The notes under the pieces are model-generated. The model did no database searches and had not been told where the DNA came from. It saw only the letters and a program-made list of their open reading frames with translations. Positions 45,201 to 55,038 of a stretch of 64,000 bases of DNA are shown one piece after another. The DNA is from Mayamaea pseudoterrestris. Its lineage: Eukaryota. Each line of letters begins with the position of its first letter. The stretch's first letter is position 1. Location of the stretch: contig BROI01000011.1 in the NCBI GenBank assembly GCA_027923505.1, positions 558,001-622,000 of the forward strand. Reading direction: 5' to 3'. A program made the position numbers and the translations under genes.

Positions 45201-46448
45201 ATGAAGGAGCTCGAAGAAAACAGTCAAGGTAGCAGTGGAACCAAGGACGGAATGGATTACATAGACGACAATGATGTTCATCTCGACGAACATTCCCCTG
45301 GCCTAAAATCCTCCTCCACCACGCTCTCGACGGCGAGCGAAACTTCGGATGGCTCGTTCCTTCCATCCTTTTCGAATGATTCGGATTCCGCCTCGAGAGA
45401 CGAGGAACAGCAAGTGTTTTTGACTACTACAAGCTCTTCCGACGTACTGCGACATCGACGTGATCCTGCTGCTTCCGTCCCTCTTTCCTTTTCTCCACCC
45501 TGTCTCCTTCAATATGCGTCACCACCTGCTTCTTGTCCAGTTGATGGCTACTTTGACAATGATTACTCTCGCTCTCGTTGTACCATAGCCAATGATCAAT
45601 ATCCTGCTGCTGCATGTCCCAAGTCATGGTCTATTCATCAAGGTCTCATCCGAGTATTTCGTCTGATTCTCGTTCTTGGGTTTTCCTTTTTGCTCGCGAA
45701 CCAATTTTGGTCGCACTCCTCCGTCATGGTGGGGACCAACCCGCAACTCAACTGGCGGATACCAGCGTCACGACGACTTGTCCGCAAAATGGTGAGGCGC
45801 ATACAACAGCAGCAACAACATGATCATTACTCCACATCTACTTCTTTTACAATTCTGTTGCGAGCAACTCGCATTGACTTGCTGCAATCTTCCGTGGACC
45901 GGCATGCATCTTGTCCCAATGTAGAATCTGTTCAAATCGACTGGCAAGGCGACCCTGACGAAGAACTGCCGGCAGGTTTAATGCAGCACAAGAGTGGCAA
46001 GGTGCGCGAGCCGGTAACCGATGAGGTTGAGCTTACAAATGCCGTCTTGCTGCTAGAAGAAGGTCTTGAATTTTCATGCCAAGATCTGCAACGAGCCCAT
46101 CACGAATGGCAACGAGATCCTGTTCGCGTCGTTGGGCTTGTTTCGGAGACTAATGAAAACCTTTCGCTCGTTTCCGACAAGGCGGTCTTTGTGCACAAGC
46201 TACTTTTACTTGGTCGACCGAAACGTGACGCGAAAGACAATCTTTGTCGCGAGTTTGTTTTGTCCGCCTTTTTAACAATGGCAACAGCACGGTCAAGTGT
46301 CCCCATGATTAGCAAACCAAAGCGATTGATTGAGGTAGAGCAACAAGCCTCGAAGCAGCAAGAATTACATTGTGTTTCGTTGCTAGCCAAGGCATTTGGT
46401 TTGAAGCAGACTTCTTTGCAAGCGCAACACCATTACGTTGGACTTTAA
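45201..46448 (+). CDS. Type II membrane protein with a degenerate glycosyltransferase family 64 (EXTL2-like) domain, copy 1
   Basis: TM LILVLGFSFLLA; FTILLR..R.DLL...CPNVESVQIDW...TNAVLLLEEG...SCQDL...EWQRDPVRVVG. Confidence 0.72.
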   Translation: MKELEENSQGSSGTKDGMDYIDDNDVHLDEHSPGLKSSSTTLSTASETSDGSFLPSFSNDSDSASRDEEQQVFLTTTSSSDVLRHRRDPAASVPLSFSPPCLLQYASPPASCPVDGYFDNDYSRSRCTIANDQYPAAACPKSWSIHQGLIRVFRLILVLGFSFLLANQFWSHSSVMVGTNPQLNWRIPASRRLVRKMVRRIQQQQQHDHYSTSTSFTILLRATRIDLLQSSVDRHASCPNVESVQIDWQGDPDEELPAGLMQHKSGKVREPVTDEVELTNAVLLLEEGLEFSCQDLQRAHHEWQRDPVRVVGLVSETNENLSLVSDKAVFVHKLLLLGRPKRDAKDNLCREFVLSAFLTMATARSSVPMISKPKRLIEVEQQASKQQELHCVSLLAKAFGLKQTSLQAQHHYVGL

Positions 46449-46541
46449 TAAACCAATTGCTACTACCGTTATCAATTATTGTTAACTTGTCAAAGCAAAA
46501 GAGCATTTCCTTGTCATTCTAATTTATTTTTACATCGGTAG

Positions 46542-48092
46542 TTATCCACGCATGCTCATGCCTCTAGCGAATCCATCCTTTTTGTGATTCTTTGGAACTG
46601 CCTTTTTCTTTTTCTTGCGGGTTGACCGGTCCGCTTCGCTCAGTACAATAATGCGCCGACTCTTTTCAACGGATCTAACATCATTGCCTGTCATGATCAC
46701 GCCTCGGCAAGAAAACCCGACGCCAATGGTGTTATGTCCAACCGATAAGATTGGAATTTCAGACAATTCTTGCCCAATGTCATTCAATAGATGGGAACGA
46801 CCAAGCTCGCGGCCCGAGATAATATCAATGCAAACCGCACAAAGCGACATGTGCTCTGGCAGCGGCTTTTCAAACATTGGTTGGCTGGATATGGCGCAAT
46901 GTGCAAAGTCAATCATGTGGAGGACACCGGCCCGTTCGGCGTTTGCCCTGGCCACGTCGATCGCTCCGCTGTCCCGATCCGATCCAAATATACTAATGGA
47001 ACTGTTCTTTGATGCCTTATTGCTTCTTTCCAATGCATCCGCCACTTTTGCACTCCACAGTTTGTTGTCGTGTAGCCTTGTCCCTTCAAACGGCGGCGGT
47101 CGAAGCCTTCCAGGCGGCAAGCAACTGGCCATGGCAGCTGCTTCAATCGGAATCGTCCCAGACCCACAGAGAGGATCCAGCAAGCCATTGTAAAAAGGTT
47201 CTTCTTGAATTATTCTACTCGCAGGTATCCAATTAGATGCATAGAGCATTGCAAAGGCCAGATCTTCCCGCAAGGGAGCCTTGGCCGTCTGCAGCCGATA
47301 CCCACGACGATGCAACGGAGTAGGAGAAGACTGCAGCGCTATCCGAAATATGTCGCGATCAACTGATACTTGCAAAACAACTGGAGTCGTAGCAGATTGT
47401 TGCATCAATCCTGGAATTGGGGCCTGTCCGTCATCTTCCTTGCATCCAAGACAAGTGTGAACGGCTCGTCGAATGCAATCCGAAACAGCCTTAGTATGCA
47501 TCAACTTGCTCTTGCTCGCCGTCACTTTGATTTGAAGATCCACAAATCCCATGTGTTCTGCACGAAATACTTCTTGCCAAGGTAATCGTTCCAGTTTTCG
47601 TTGCAGTTGATGCATCCCTCGCGCCATGAAAGGTTCATTATGCAGTGGAAGCAAAATATGCGTCGCAGTTCCAAGATACAAATGACACTTTAAAAGTTGA
47701 TCCATGTTCATGGGTGCCTTGGCTTGAATAACATGTCTCTGGTGAGTCTTTACGTGTGGCACATCAAGCGCGGAAAGCTCATCCGACAGGATTGTCTCCA
47801 GGCCTGGTTGACAAGTGATCAATGGAGGAGATGTGATGCCGTGCCGGTAGACTGTTGATTGTAGACATGTCGAATGACCAGTTTCGATTCGTTCAAACTC
47901 GTCTGCAACAAGAGACGTCTCATCGGTTTGTATTTCTCGCTTGCGATGAGATTTCCTCGGTCGTTTCGGCGGATTGATGCTTGCTGACAATGGTTGCCCT
48001 GCTCCGAACCGCCGAAGTGACGGGGCTGCAATTTTCACCAAGCCTCGACTCAAGTCGTGCACGACGCATCGATGCGTCAAGCTAGCGAGCAT
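46542..48092 (-). CDS. Chimeric ORF: about 408 aa of the THUMP methyltransferase fused in frame to the last ~107 aa of the F-box protein
   Basis: Matches 43321-44853 up to SSQP(M)FE, then PLPEHMSLC...MSMRG identical to the C-terminus of 49781-52510. Confidence 0.85.
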   Translation of the reverse strand: MLASLTHRCVVHDLSRGLVKIAAPSLRRFGAGQPLSASINPPKRPRKSHRKREIQTDETSLVADEFERIETGHSTCLQSTVYRHGITSPPLITCQPGLETILSDELSALDVPHVKTHQRHVIQAKAPMNMDQLLKCHLYLGTATHILLPLHNEPFMARGMHQLQRKLERLPWQEVFRAEHMGFVDLQIKVTASKSKLMHTKAVSDCIRRAVHTCLGCKEDDGQAPIPGLMQQSATTPVVLQVSVDRDIFRIALQSSPTPLHRRGYRLQTAKAPLREDLAFAMLYASNWIPASRIIQEEPFYNGLLDPLCGSGTIPIEAAAMASCLPPGRLRPPPFEGTRLHDNKLWSAKVADALERSNKASKNSSISIFGSDRDSGAIDVARANAERAGVLHMIDFAHCAISSQPMFEKPLPEHMSLCAVCIDIISGRELGRSHLLNDIGQELSEIPILSVGHNTIGVGFSCRGVIMTGNDVRSVEKSRRIIVLSEADRSTRKKKKKAVPKNHKKDGFARGMSMRG

Positions 48093-48439
48093 TCGCTAGT
48101 GACACATAAACTCCTGACTGCGGAAGTTAAATTTTGATTGTCAATTGCAGGTTTGATGTTTGAAGGATCAGGTCGTGATGGATGAGGCGGAGGTAATGAA
48201 TCGCACCGGTTCCGGATACAATTCCATCGAAGGCCACACAGAAATTTTGTTTCGTCCGTTCGTTGTGTTACATACGCCAACTTCGCGCCGGCCGAGCTTC
48301 GGCGCATGCGTCCCGAGAACGCATTGCCACCGGCCGATCGCAGCAGTGCGCATCATTCATTTGCGACGAGTTTTGAGTGAGGCACTTGGAGCGAGGAAGA
48401 GAGCTGAGCGAGGACGCAGACACTACTCTAAACAATACG

Positions 48440-49687
48440 ATGAAGGAGCTCGAAGAAAACAGTCAAGGTAGCAGTGGAACCAAGGACGGAATGGATTACA
48501 TAGACGACAATGATGTTCATCTCGACGAACATTCCCCTGGCCTAAAATCCTCCTCCACCACGCTCTCGACGGCGAGCGAAACTTCGGATGGCTCGTTCCT
48601 TCCATCCTTTTCGAATGATTCGGATTCCGCCTCGAGAGACGAGGAACAGCAAGTGTTTTTGACTACTACAAGCTCTTCCGACGTACTGCGACATCGACGT
48701 GATCCTGCTGCTTCCGTCCCTCTTTCCTTTTCTCCACCCTGTCTCCTTCAATATGCGTCACCACCTGCTTCTTGTCCAGTTGATGGCTACTTTGACAATG
48801 ATTACTCTCGCTCTCGTTGTACCATAGCCAATGATCAATATCCTGCTGCTGCATGTCCCAAGTCATGGTCTATTCATCAAGGTCTCATCCGAGTATTTCG
48901 TCTGATTCTCGTTCTTGGGTTTTCCTTTTTGCTCGCGAACCAATTTTGGTCGCACTCCTCCGTCATGGTGGGGACCAACCCGCAACTCAACTGGCGGATA
49001 CCAGCGTCACGACGACTTGTCCGCAAAATGGTGAGGCGCATACAACAGCAGCAACAACATGATCATTACTCCACATCTACTTCTTTTACAATTCTGTTGC
49101 GAGCAACTCGCATTGACTTGCTGCAATCTTCCGTGGACCGGCATGCATCTTGTCCCAATGTAGAATCTGTTCAAATCGACTGGCAAGGCGACCCTGACGA
49201 AGAACTGCCGGCAGGTTTAATGCAGCACAAGAGTGGCAAGGTGCGCGAGCCGGTAACCGATGAGGTTGAGCTTACAAATGCCGTCTTGCTGCTAGAAGAA
49301 GGTCTTGAATTTTCATGCCAAGATCTGCAACGAGCCCATCACGAATGGCAACGAGATCCTGTTCGCGTCGTTGGGCTTGTTTCGGAGACTAATGAAAACC
49401 TTTCGCTCGTTTCCGACAAGGCGGTCTTTGTGCACAAGCTACTTTTACTTGGTCGACCGAAACGTGACGCGAAAGACAATCTTTGTCGCGAGTTTGTTTT
49501 GTCCGCCTTTTTAACAATGGCAACAGCACGGTCAAGTGTCCCCATGATTAGCAAACCAAAGCGATTGATTGAGGTAGAGCAACAAGCCTCGAAGCAGCAA
49601 GAATTACATTGTGTTTCGTTGCTAGCCAAGGCATTTGGTTTGAAGCAGACTTCTTTGCAAGCGCAACACCATTACGTTGGACTTTAA
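48440..49687 (+). CDS. GT64-like membrane protein, copy 2
   Basis: Translation identical to copy 1. Confidence 0.72.
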   Translation: MKELEENSQGSSGTKDGMDYIDDNDVHLDEHSPGLKSSSTTLSTASETSDGSFLPSFSNDSDSASRDEEQQVFLTTTSSSDVLRHRRDPAASVPLSFSPPCLLQYASPPASCPVDGYFDNDYSRSRCTIANDQYPAAACPKSWSIHQGLIRVFRLILVLGFSFLLANQFWSHSSVMVGTNPQLNWRIPASRRLVRKMVRRIQQQQQHDHYSTSTSFTILLRATRIDLLQSSVDRHASCPNVESVQIDWQGDPDEELPAGLMQHKSGKVREPVTDEVELTNAVLLLEEGLEFSCQDLQRAHHEWQRDPVRVVGLVSETNENLSLVSDKAVFVHKLLLLGRPKRDAKDNLCREFVLSAFLTMATARSSVPMISKPKRLIEVEQQASKQQELHCVSLLAKAFGLKQTSLQAQHHYVGL

Positions 49688-49780
49688 TAAACCAATTGCT
49701 ACTACCGTTATCAATTATTGTTAACTTGTCAAAGCAAAAGAGCATTTCCTTGTCATTCTAATTTATTTTTACATCGGTAG

Positions 49781-52510
49781 TTATCCACGCATGCTCATGC
49801 CTCTAGCGAATCCATCCTTTTTGTGATTCTTTGGAACTGCCTTTTTCTTTTTCTTGCGGGTTGACCGGTCCGCTTCGCTCAGTACAATAATGCGCCGACT
49901 CTTTTCAACGGATCTAACATCATTGCCTGTCATGATCACGCCTCGGCAAGAAAACCCGACGCCAATGGTGTTATGTCCAACCGATAAGATTGGAATTTCA
50001 GACAATTCTTGCCCAATGTCATTCAATAGATGGGAACGACCAAGCTCGCGGCCCGAGATAATATCAATGCAAACCGCACAAAGCGACATGTGCTCTGGCA
50101 GCGGCTCTTCTCCGGCCTGCACAAGTGAATGATGATGCACACGACACAGAGCAAAAATGTGCTGATCCTTGTAGTTTGTTAATCGAACAATCTCTATGTT
50201 ACCGTTAACATCAATCGTTCGATATGAGTCACCATCTTCACGTTCCAAACCAAAATTCACAGAATAGACTGTAATGATTGATTTGTATTTAGTGGGCTCA
50301 TTGCCATTCGTTCGACAGAAGACGTCGGCCGCAATTACGCTTTGTGCCGCGACAACCACTAGTCGTTCCGAGCGCAGAACTAATTGCCAGTCGTCAAGAA
50401 GTGTTTGCTGTCGAGCTATGTCGCAACCATCAATCGGATGCGTCGACCGAACATTACCTGTTGGTTCAATCGATCCCAAAAGGAGCGCAGCGGAGACCGG
50501 AGATGCAACAACAACATGACAATATTGCCGAGACTTTCCCGAAACGCGCTGGCGCGTATAGTTTAGCGACATATTTTCGTGTCTTGGTCGCATGCCTTTG
50601 GTTACGTCGTTTGATTCACCAATCCAAACAATTGCTCCAACACTAGCCGAGAAGAGAACAAGCTTACGATCAATTAGCAGCATGGCGGCGTCAATGTCAT
50701 CTTCGCCAGGGGCAGGTATCGAGATGGACACCTCTACCATAAACCGCCCGTCGCCGCAAGCCGCCAGCGTATGCGACACGAGTGCCTCAATCTCACCCAC
50801 TTGGCCGCCGGCGACCAAAAAGTCGATCAACTGCAACAGTCGATGATCGACGACGTCAGAGCTTAGCAAATAGTTGAGCACCGCCTCGCCGACATCAATT
50901 ATCTTCACTTGCTGGCCATCATAACATGTACCGATAGTATCTAAACCGACACTGCTCTGACCCTGCAGAAACTCATCTCGACTGACAATGATCATAACCC
51001 AGGCTTCTGTGTCGACTTTATCGGCATTCACCTGACACAAACATCCAATGAAATCATGATCAAGGTCCATGGATACAAGGACGCAGTTTCTCCGCCTTGT
51101 ATTCTTGTATGGATCGACACTATGACAAACGAGCTCGCGACAAAGTCTTTCGTCATTGTCTCGAGCAGCACATTCAAACAACCGAATGGAGCAGTCAACA
51201 GAATACGCAACGAGCATTTGACTCGGTGACCAAATTTGAACACCGACGCAAAGATTTGATGCCGTTGGCGCATATTTGCGCGCTGAAAAATCTTGATAAC
51301 ACATTTCCTTCTCTGTCTGACTTTTGCGCGAGTCCAGAGCATACATTGCAGACTGAATGGCTCTCATGTCACGCATGGCAGTGTAGTGCTCGATGAATGC
51401 TTCACGAAATAAATCTCGACTTGGCTCCTCAGGCTCTGCCAGTAAGCTTTGGAATTTAATGCTGGGCACAGGCCAATTTCGACGCTCTAACATAAGGCGC
51501 CATAAATTAGGCGATTGTCCAATTTCTTGGTGCCAAGCTTTGCAAACTTGGGTTGCAACAGCGACAGCTGAATCCGGAAGAAACGTAAGGGTGTACTCCA
51601 AAATTGATCCCGGAAAACTAAGCAACGTTTCACTTGGCAGTGTAGTGTCATCCCTCGACAGTCTACCTCCTTTATCAGTTTTTAAGCCAATGAACTCTCG
51701 ATCATTGATCAAAAGCCCTCCCTGATTTCTGTCGTAAATAAGCTTGTTGCTCACAACAGCATATACAACACTCGCCGGTTTGACACCATGAGCTGTCAAT
51801 TGGTTGGTAATCGCGTCGCTAATAAAAGTGTCTTCATCGCCACTAACAACTTGAATGTGCATGTAGTGAATCATTTCCATCGCCGCGTCGCCTGATGCTA
51901 TTCCGACGGAAGCCGCGTTCTCAGCTGATTGTTGCAGCGCTCGCTCACTCGTCTGCGTCTTTCGCGCTTTTAAAACGTCACATAGAGTTTTGTATGGAGC
52001 AAAGTAGTGATTGTAGCGGCATCCACCTTTTTTGCCCTTCACATCAAGACATTTGCCGGTAAAGAAGTGGGCTTTGCACAGGAACATAGGCTGAGACGGC
52101 CTTTCTTCGTCGACGCTGGCGAGATTCGGTCTGTTTGAATCATTGACCGAGTTGCTTCGCACACGACCCTTACCAGAGATCGAATTTCCACGCAAACCAG
52201 TCAGTAAATTGCTCCCTCGTGCAGCAGAATCGTCATATTCATGCATTGATTCTGCCCGAGCTCGTCGCTTGTCATTTTGCTCGATGCGAACTGCATCCAA
52301 TAGGGGAACACTATCCGTCGGTATACAGTCTGTCCAAACATGGATACCCAATGGACGCTGCGCATGACGATCAATCATTGAAAGCAACTCCTGCGCCATG
52401 TTTTTTTGCTGCCGCTTGTCGGCAGTTTTCTGCTTGCGCAGTTTCGTCTCGCTTCGGCGAATCTCAGTGATTTCAGCACGGCGCTCCCAACCTTGGTTTT
52501 GTTTGACCAT
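49781..52510 (-). CDS. F-box protein with a CCCH-type zinc finger and a beta-rich C-terminal region
   Basis: CKAHFFTGKC-x9-CRYNH; F-box LLSFPGSILEYTLTFLP...QVCKAWH...LW; basic RKKKKK tail. Confidence 0.8.
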   Translation of the reverse strand: MVKQNQGWERRAEITEIRRSETKLRKQKTADKRQQKNMAQELLSMIDRHAQRPLGIHVWTDCIPTDSVPLLDAVRIEQNDKRRARAESMHEYDDSAARGSNLLTGLRGNSISGKGRVRSNSVNDSNRPNLASVDEERPSQPMFLCKAHFFTGKCLDVKGKKGGCRYNHYFAPYKTLCDVLKARKTQTSERALQQSAENAASVGIASGDAAMEMIHYMHIQVVSGDEDTFISDAITNQLTAHGVKPASVVYAVVSNKLIYDRNQGGLLINDREFIGLKTDKGGRLSRDDTTLPSETLLSFPGSILEYTLTFLPDSAVAVATQVCKAWHQEIGQSPNLWRLMLERRNWPVPSIKFQSLLAEPEEPSRDLFREAFIEHYTAMRDMRAIQSAMYALDSRKSQTEKEMCYQDFSARKYAPTASNLCVGVQIWSPSQMLVAYSVDCSIRLFECAARDNDERLCRELVCHSVDPYKNTRRRNCVLVSMDLDHDFIGCLCQVNADKVDTEAWVMIIVSRDEFLQGQSSVGLDTIGTCYDGQQVKIIDVGEAVLNYLLSSDVVDHRLLQLIDFLVAGGQVGEIEALVSHTLAACGDGRFMVEVSISIPAPGEDDIDAAMLLIDRKLVLFSASVGAIVWIGESNDVTKGMRPRHENMSLNYTRQRVSGKSRQYCHVVVASPVSAALLLGSIEPTGNVRSTHPIDGCDIARQQTLLDDWQLVLRSERLVVVAAQSVIAADVFCRTNGNEPTKYKSIITVYSVNFGLEREDGDSYRTIDVNGNIEIVRLTNYKDQHIFALCRVHHHSLVQAGEEPLPEHMSLCAVCIDIISGRELGRSHLLNDIGQELSEIPILSVGHNTIGVGFSCRGVIMTGNDVRSVEKSRRIIVLSEADRSTRKKKKKAVPKNHKKDGFARGMSMRG

Positions 52511-52989
52511 ATTTTTGTTAAACTTGGCTGTTGTTCTAGCCTGTCTAAAAGGTTCAATTCTTATGCAATGAAGCAAAAATAGTGTCAGCACACGATGCCG
52601 TCCTCTGATCTACATCACGAGATTTCCATCGGAGGTCCGTTTCCAATTCACGCCTTGAAAACTCAAGCACAAGCATTACCTTTCGTCCTCACGTTTCAGA
52701 AGGAAATGAGGGTCGACCGGCGCGCTCATTCAACGGATGTCACATAGAGCCAGGCGAGCCGTTGGAAGTTGAACCGACCGATGGTGCATGTCCTCACAAA
52801 ACCACTGCCGTCAAACCTGTGTCCTTGCGAGCATTTTCTTATTCGAAGACAGTTTATTGCCAGCTGCTCATCAATCTATTGCCAACCGAGCCCCACATTG
52901 CAAGTTATAGCTGATCAGATAAGTCAGCATCGCTTCGAACAGCAAGTAAAACAGCGAGCAGCATAACAGCAGCAGGCAGCGGTGACAAA

Positions 52990-54375
52990 ATGTCGCAAGG
53001 CACGCAGCAACTTCATGACCTCGTCAGAGCGTTAGAGATAATTGCGTATGATGATACTGTTGCGCTCGATCCACCGGAAGAGACAAACACCGCTAGTTTT
53101 CCAGTGGCTGTTACAGCTGCCCCAACAGAGGCGCCTGTCGACCAAATCATTGCGGACCAACTACCTCAAGCAAACGACCCAGACGACACGCCCGCATCCG
53201 CCTTCAACGCCACGACCGATATCAGCAACTACTTTGACAACTCTGAAACCGATTGTACCTTCTCCAGCAATCCAGACACGCTGTTATGCAACGTCACTGC
53301 CTTTCGTTGCTCCAACAGTCAATCCTTTGTGACGATTCCATACGACTACGAGATTGTTCACAAAGCAAGCGAAGTCAGTCGTCTATCACATCTGCTTGAG
53401 GTTATTGAAGGGAATATTCTTGATCAGCTTTCAATGGATATAGGGCTGAAGAACTGTGCGAAATCGTTTGGAGGTCGCCGCGCTCAAGCGGAAACTAGCT
53501 TTGGAAATGGTCAGATGGACTATCAACTCACCGGCATGAGCCTCCTACCGAGAGACAAAACGACTACGGAGAAGTGTTTGTCGACAATTGACCATGGAAT
53601 GGCTGTTTGTAGCAGCATCAAGGGCGCGCTGACTGTGTATACCTTGCAGACAACGGCGGAGGCAATGCTTTCCAACCAAGAACGCCTTGCATTGCAGCAA
53701 GCAGTCCTAGAAGTGATTCAAGAAGGTATGCTTGAAGAAAAGTTTCTTACTTCTGCGCATGGGGAAAAGGTTGTATACATAGGTGATCGCCTTGCGGTAT
53801 TGTCAAGTCAGCAGAGTCAAACAATGACGGAGACAGGGTGGACTACTCGCTCAAAAGGTCTCGTTTCAGCAGCGATAATCTTATCTCTCCTCGTTATTGC
53901 TGTGCTGTGCTACATCCGGTGTCACTTTAAGTTTGGCAAGGGCTCTCGTTATGTGCGCGACACTAGTGGCTCGTCAGTGGACACAGATGCACGTCCTGAT
54001 ACAGTGGAACAAATGGCAAGCAATTCGAGTTCCCTTGGACCGCAAGATCTTCCAGCGGTGCATGGAGATGCAAAAGGCATCCCGACCACAGCGACGAAGT
54101 GGAATCAATCTGGGTCGCAAGATCAAGGCACGGAATGTATTGAGTTTGACAAGCCGTCAGAGCTTGATGAATCGGTGGGCAGCATGGGAGTCGCCACGTT
54201 TGATCTGGATACACTGGTGGAAACCACGACAGACATTGGCAACTACCAGTTCAGCTATGACCAAGGCATCTCACCAATCAATGAAACCTTCGACAATCTT
54301 TACGAAGACGTGGAGATTCCCATGACATTTGATGATGCTTCGGGTGGATCAGTTGGTCAACGACTCGAGAACTGA
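52990..54375 (+). CDS. Hypothetical single-pass membrane protein with a Cys-containing ectodomain
   Basis: 461-aa ORF; TM GLVSAAIILSLLVIAVLCYI; acidic tail. Confidence 0.75.
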   Translation: MSQGTQQLHDLVRALEIIAYDDTVALDPPEETNTASFPVAVTAAPTEAPVDQIIADQLPQANDPDDTPASAFNATTDISNYFDNSETDCTFSSNPDTLLCNVTAFRCSNSQSFVTIPYDYEIVHKASEVSRLSHLLEVIEGNILDQLSMDIGLKNCAKSFGGRRAQAETSFGNGQMDYQLTGMSLLPRDKTTTEKCLSTIDHGMAVCSSIKGALTVYTLQTTAEAMLSNQERLALQQAVLEVIQEGMLEEKFLTSAHGEKVVYIGDRLAVLSSQQSQTMTETGWTTRSKGLVSAAIILSLLVIAVLCYIRCHFKFGKGSRYVRDTSGSSVDTDARPDTVEQMASNSSSLGPQDLPAVHGDAKGIPTTATKWNQSGSQDQGTECIEFDKPSELDESVGSMGVATFDLDTLVETTTDIGNYQFSYDQGISPINETFDNLYEDVEIPMTFDDASGGSVGQRLEN

Positions 54376-54753
54376 ATTACACTTCGTAAGCATGTGTACG
54401 ATAATTTTCATAATGTAATTATATTTAGTGTTCATAACTCTTCATTTTTCTTGCTGGTGTTATCGGTCTGAGGAACAAGCAAGTGGAAGGGCGTTGGTGA
54501 GGTATAAATACGAGCATTGAAACGAGCATAGGTAGCTAAAACAAAGGCTCTCAGAGCATCCTCAACGCGGCGCATCCATTTCAGTTTAAAACGTCATCAT
54601 GAGTCACGCTGACGTCATTTGGTCGCACCATTTGGAATTTGCGTCTGCAACGGTGAATTTAAATCGTTTCATTTAGGTTCATTTGATCCGGCCGGCGCGC
54701 AAAAATTAAAACTTGGTGGCGCGTTTCCTTTTTCGCGCCGAAAAGGTATTGCG

Positions 54754-54989
54754 TGTGCTATCTGACACGATTCACATGCACCGGCCCAGCCTCAACGGCG
54801 AGCCGGACAGTCAACGGACACGCCCGTCGGGTATTAGCGAAGATAGGCGATCCTGATGTGACATCTGCGATCCTCGCCAGTAAAAGAGCGATGGCTCGCC
54901 ATGGAGGCAACTGGAGGCAAGTTGCCGTTGTAGCGTTTAAAATACCATCATAATTTCCATTTACACATCATCCTACGATAGGTACTTCA
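54754..54989 (+). repeat. Gypsy 5' LTR
   Basis: Direct repeat of 59772-60007 with 3 substitutions seen. Confidence 0.95.
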
Positions 54990-55038
54990 CTTTGAATTCA
55001 AAATAGACAACTGTCTATCGGAAACGGAAACAAACAAC

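Larger units (their letters stand above)
43628..50106. repeat. Tandem segmental duplication, two copies of 3239 bp (43628-46866 and 46867-50106)
   Basis: All ORFs recur at +3239 with identical translations; one substitution seen (43638 A vs 46877 T). Confidence 0.96.
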
